Assembly (NCBI GenBank): GCA_010093705.1
Contig: MU006108.1
Location: 62,001 to 126,000, forward strand
Direction of reading: 5' to 3'
DNA length: 64,000 nucleotides
DNA from: Patellaria atrata CBS 101060
Lineage: Eukaryota
The notes beneath the pieces are model-generated. The model had not been told where the DNA came from, made no database searches, and saw only the letters and a list, made by a program, of their open reading frames with translations. The position numbers and the translations under genes were made by a program. This document shows, in pieces, positions 61,716 to 64,000 of this stretch. Each line of letters starts with the position of its first letter. The stretch's first letter is position 1.

Positions 61716-64000
61716 GGGAGGACGACACAAACGAGTAGCAGGTCTCCTATTATGTCAATGTAAGTTTATGACAGTGCGGCATTTGGTCAAAAGGGGGGTT
61801 GGCGGCTGATATATTTCCAGCAATCGGAATGATCTCGCGATGGAAGTTCTCGTCTCTCCTTTAATCCCGTTAGCTTTGTACATAAGAATAATTCCTTTCG
61901 AATCTATTAGCTACTATCCCGCGGGATAGGGTTCAAAAAATCTTCTCAAGCGTATACACTTTTTGACGCCTACCACGTAAGTGAAGGATCATTTTTGCTT
62001 TCCGGTGCTTTAACAATGATCAATGCCGGCTCAAACTGTAGATCGGGCAAGCCAGCAATCCTACTCTTACAGATGCTACCGAACAATGAGACTCATCAAT
62101 TGCTTCACCATTATTCGACAGAGTCTGCACCCTAAAGGCCCTTGTTAGGTAAGAGTCACATGGAAGTCAGAATCTGGAGGCTCTCCGAACTGCGCGACAT
62201 CAGTCCGGCTGACATGGTGCATGGCAGTCTTCAAAAGCAGGTCTTATGTACAGTAGAGTAGCTCGGTAAGATGAATTTCGTGCATCTGGTCGCCTGGCGT
62301 GGCTGCGCATTTACATGGAAATGCATCCTGAACTCGATAGAGATGACTTGTGATGCAGTAGGAAAATGAGGGGTGCATGCAAGTCATACGAGTCAGGTCA
62401 GGGCTCCCAAGCAAGCGCTACCTCAAGGTATGCCTAAGGAGCCCTGGGAGCCCTTCGAGCCTTGAGCTTTGAGCCTTCAAGGCTTCAAGGTTTCAAGGTT
62501 TCCAACCTAACAAGTGCCTAATAAGTTAACCCTCGAGGCTCGAAGCGGGGAGAAAACGCTAAGATAGATCGACGCTTTTGTGGGGTAATAAAGTTGCGAC
62601 GGACCTCTGCCTGTATAAGTCTATAAGAGGCTTGATAAAGCCTGTACAGTAGAACTATGGGACCAAGGACCAAAATAGAAGAGACATGGTTCTGTACAGT
62701 GACAGTATGATGGTCGAAAGCACTCGCATTGCACTATTTGCAAACCCATGGAAACTATTACCCCATCGTGCTGGTGCGCTTCGTAAAAATCGAGTAATAT
62801 CAGAAGCGTCGTTCGTGCAGAGTTACGGTATAGGCCGAGCTAGAATCTTTTGCAAAACGTGGGATTCCGTCTTTCCAAACTCTCGTCGTCGGCGTTCGTC
62901 AAGTTACGGTTATGGATGGGTTCGCGAAGTTGTTCCTTGCCATATTTGAAGGTCCCAGACTGTTCTTATACTGCCGATGTACAGCAGCCGCGTGGGGGTT
63001 TTTCCTCTGCCACCCATTCTCCGATTCTGCTGGTCTCAGGAACACGGCATGAAACGGGCAAATGTGAATCGACTGTGCATCCTTGGGCCTGCCATTAACA
63101 GCCATTTGGGTGATAAAAAGCAAATCGAGGCTGAATCTTTCCAACCCATTGGGTCGCAAAAACATCTTCAAGTACTGTACAGTAACTCCAAGCATCTTCA
63201 ACCATAATCATCCGGAAATGGACGTTGAAAGTCGGAAACCCACGACGACGCGAGGGAAGGAATTGCAGTACAGTAGTACTCTGTAATATCGACGTAAGGT
63301 AGCCGTTTAGAAGAGATATCGAGTCGGTTCGTTCCAGCGCCAAGCGTAGGTTAGTCCTGGGGAAGTATAATGATGGATACTTCGGTACAGTATGGGTAAA
63401 GTACTCTTTTCATATCTCGTCACTCGTGAGTCGTGGATGGATGTCATTCATAGTCGATGATCAAAGGTTAAACTTAGTTATGCCCCCATGGAGGGAAAAG
63501 GCTCCTCTGGAATTTTTTAGTATCTTCATAATTTCCCCATGATTCAAATTCCCATTAATTGAACGCCCAAAATCCCATTTATTTGCTACACTGCTACTGT
63601 AGAACTTGAGCAGTGTTACATACGGTGCTAACTCGAATGCTTGCTGATACAAAAGTAACGCCACCGGATGGAATTACGTGGGGGTTCGGTCTGAGGAGTC
63701 GTCATCCAATCCCCGTACTTCCTGCGCTTACTCGGGCGTATCCCTTGCAAAACTGACGAAGCTTATACGGTCCAGTACAGTAGCAAACAAAATAGCGAAC
63801 TCGATTGCCAGATCATTCACCAGAAAAGGCCCTCGTATGAGAAAAACGGCGGGAAATGGGGGTAAGGCAATCGGCTCGGAAAGAGGAGCTCATACATATG
63901 TGCACGATCTTGTGACAACGATGGAAATTTGCTACCCAGCATGAACAACATGGCCAACATCGCATGCTGCCACGTCTTTCATTCTCATACGAGCATCATT

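Noticed and set aside
61914..61929. 16-bp palindrome CTATCCCGCGGGATAG downstream of the tyrosinase
   Set aside because: Isolated, with no tRNA fold or other supporting context
62640..63790. Recurrent GTACAGTA/TACTGTAC words (also near 34110-34170 and 9715-9790)
   Set aside because: Irregularly spaced short words; no array structure or assignable function

Overview
Gene-dense genomic DNA from a filamentous ascomycete (Pezizomycotina-type short GT-AG introns with CTRAY branch sites). One 235-nt assembly gap lies at 55536-55770. I resolved about 23 protein-coding loci by hand-splicing. Housekeeping genes: a DUF3602/Par32-like protein, mitochondrial phosphate carrier, PRP16, PWP1, CKS1, SEC20, MRPL44, IPP1, a glycine-rich RRM protein, a PhoD-like protein, KEX2 and an IPA1/UBE3D-like protein. 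Other genes: an MFS efflux pump, an SDR, a SET/MYND protein, a secreted copper amine oxidase, a secreted His/Met/Pro repeat protein, a secreted tyrosinase and several orphans. The strongest non-obvious signal is a ~210-nt box H/ACA guide RNA inside an unusually long intron of the IPA1/UBE3D-like gene. Its two pockets match U2 snRNA Psi42 and 25S rRNA Psi966 (yeast numbering) with canonical 14-nt spacing. Two orphan reading frames continue in frame through stop codons, and one of them begins with a histone H3-tail mimic. Secreted copper proteins with dibasic sites also cluster next to KEX2. I saw no tRNA, rRNA, CRISPR array or intact transposon. All family assignments come from motif recognition, not database searches.
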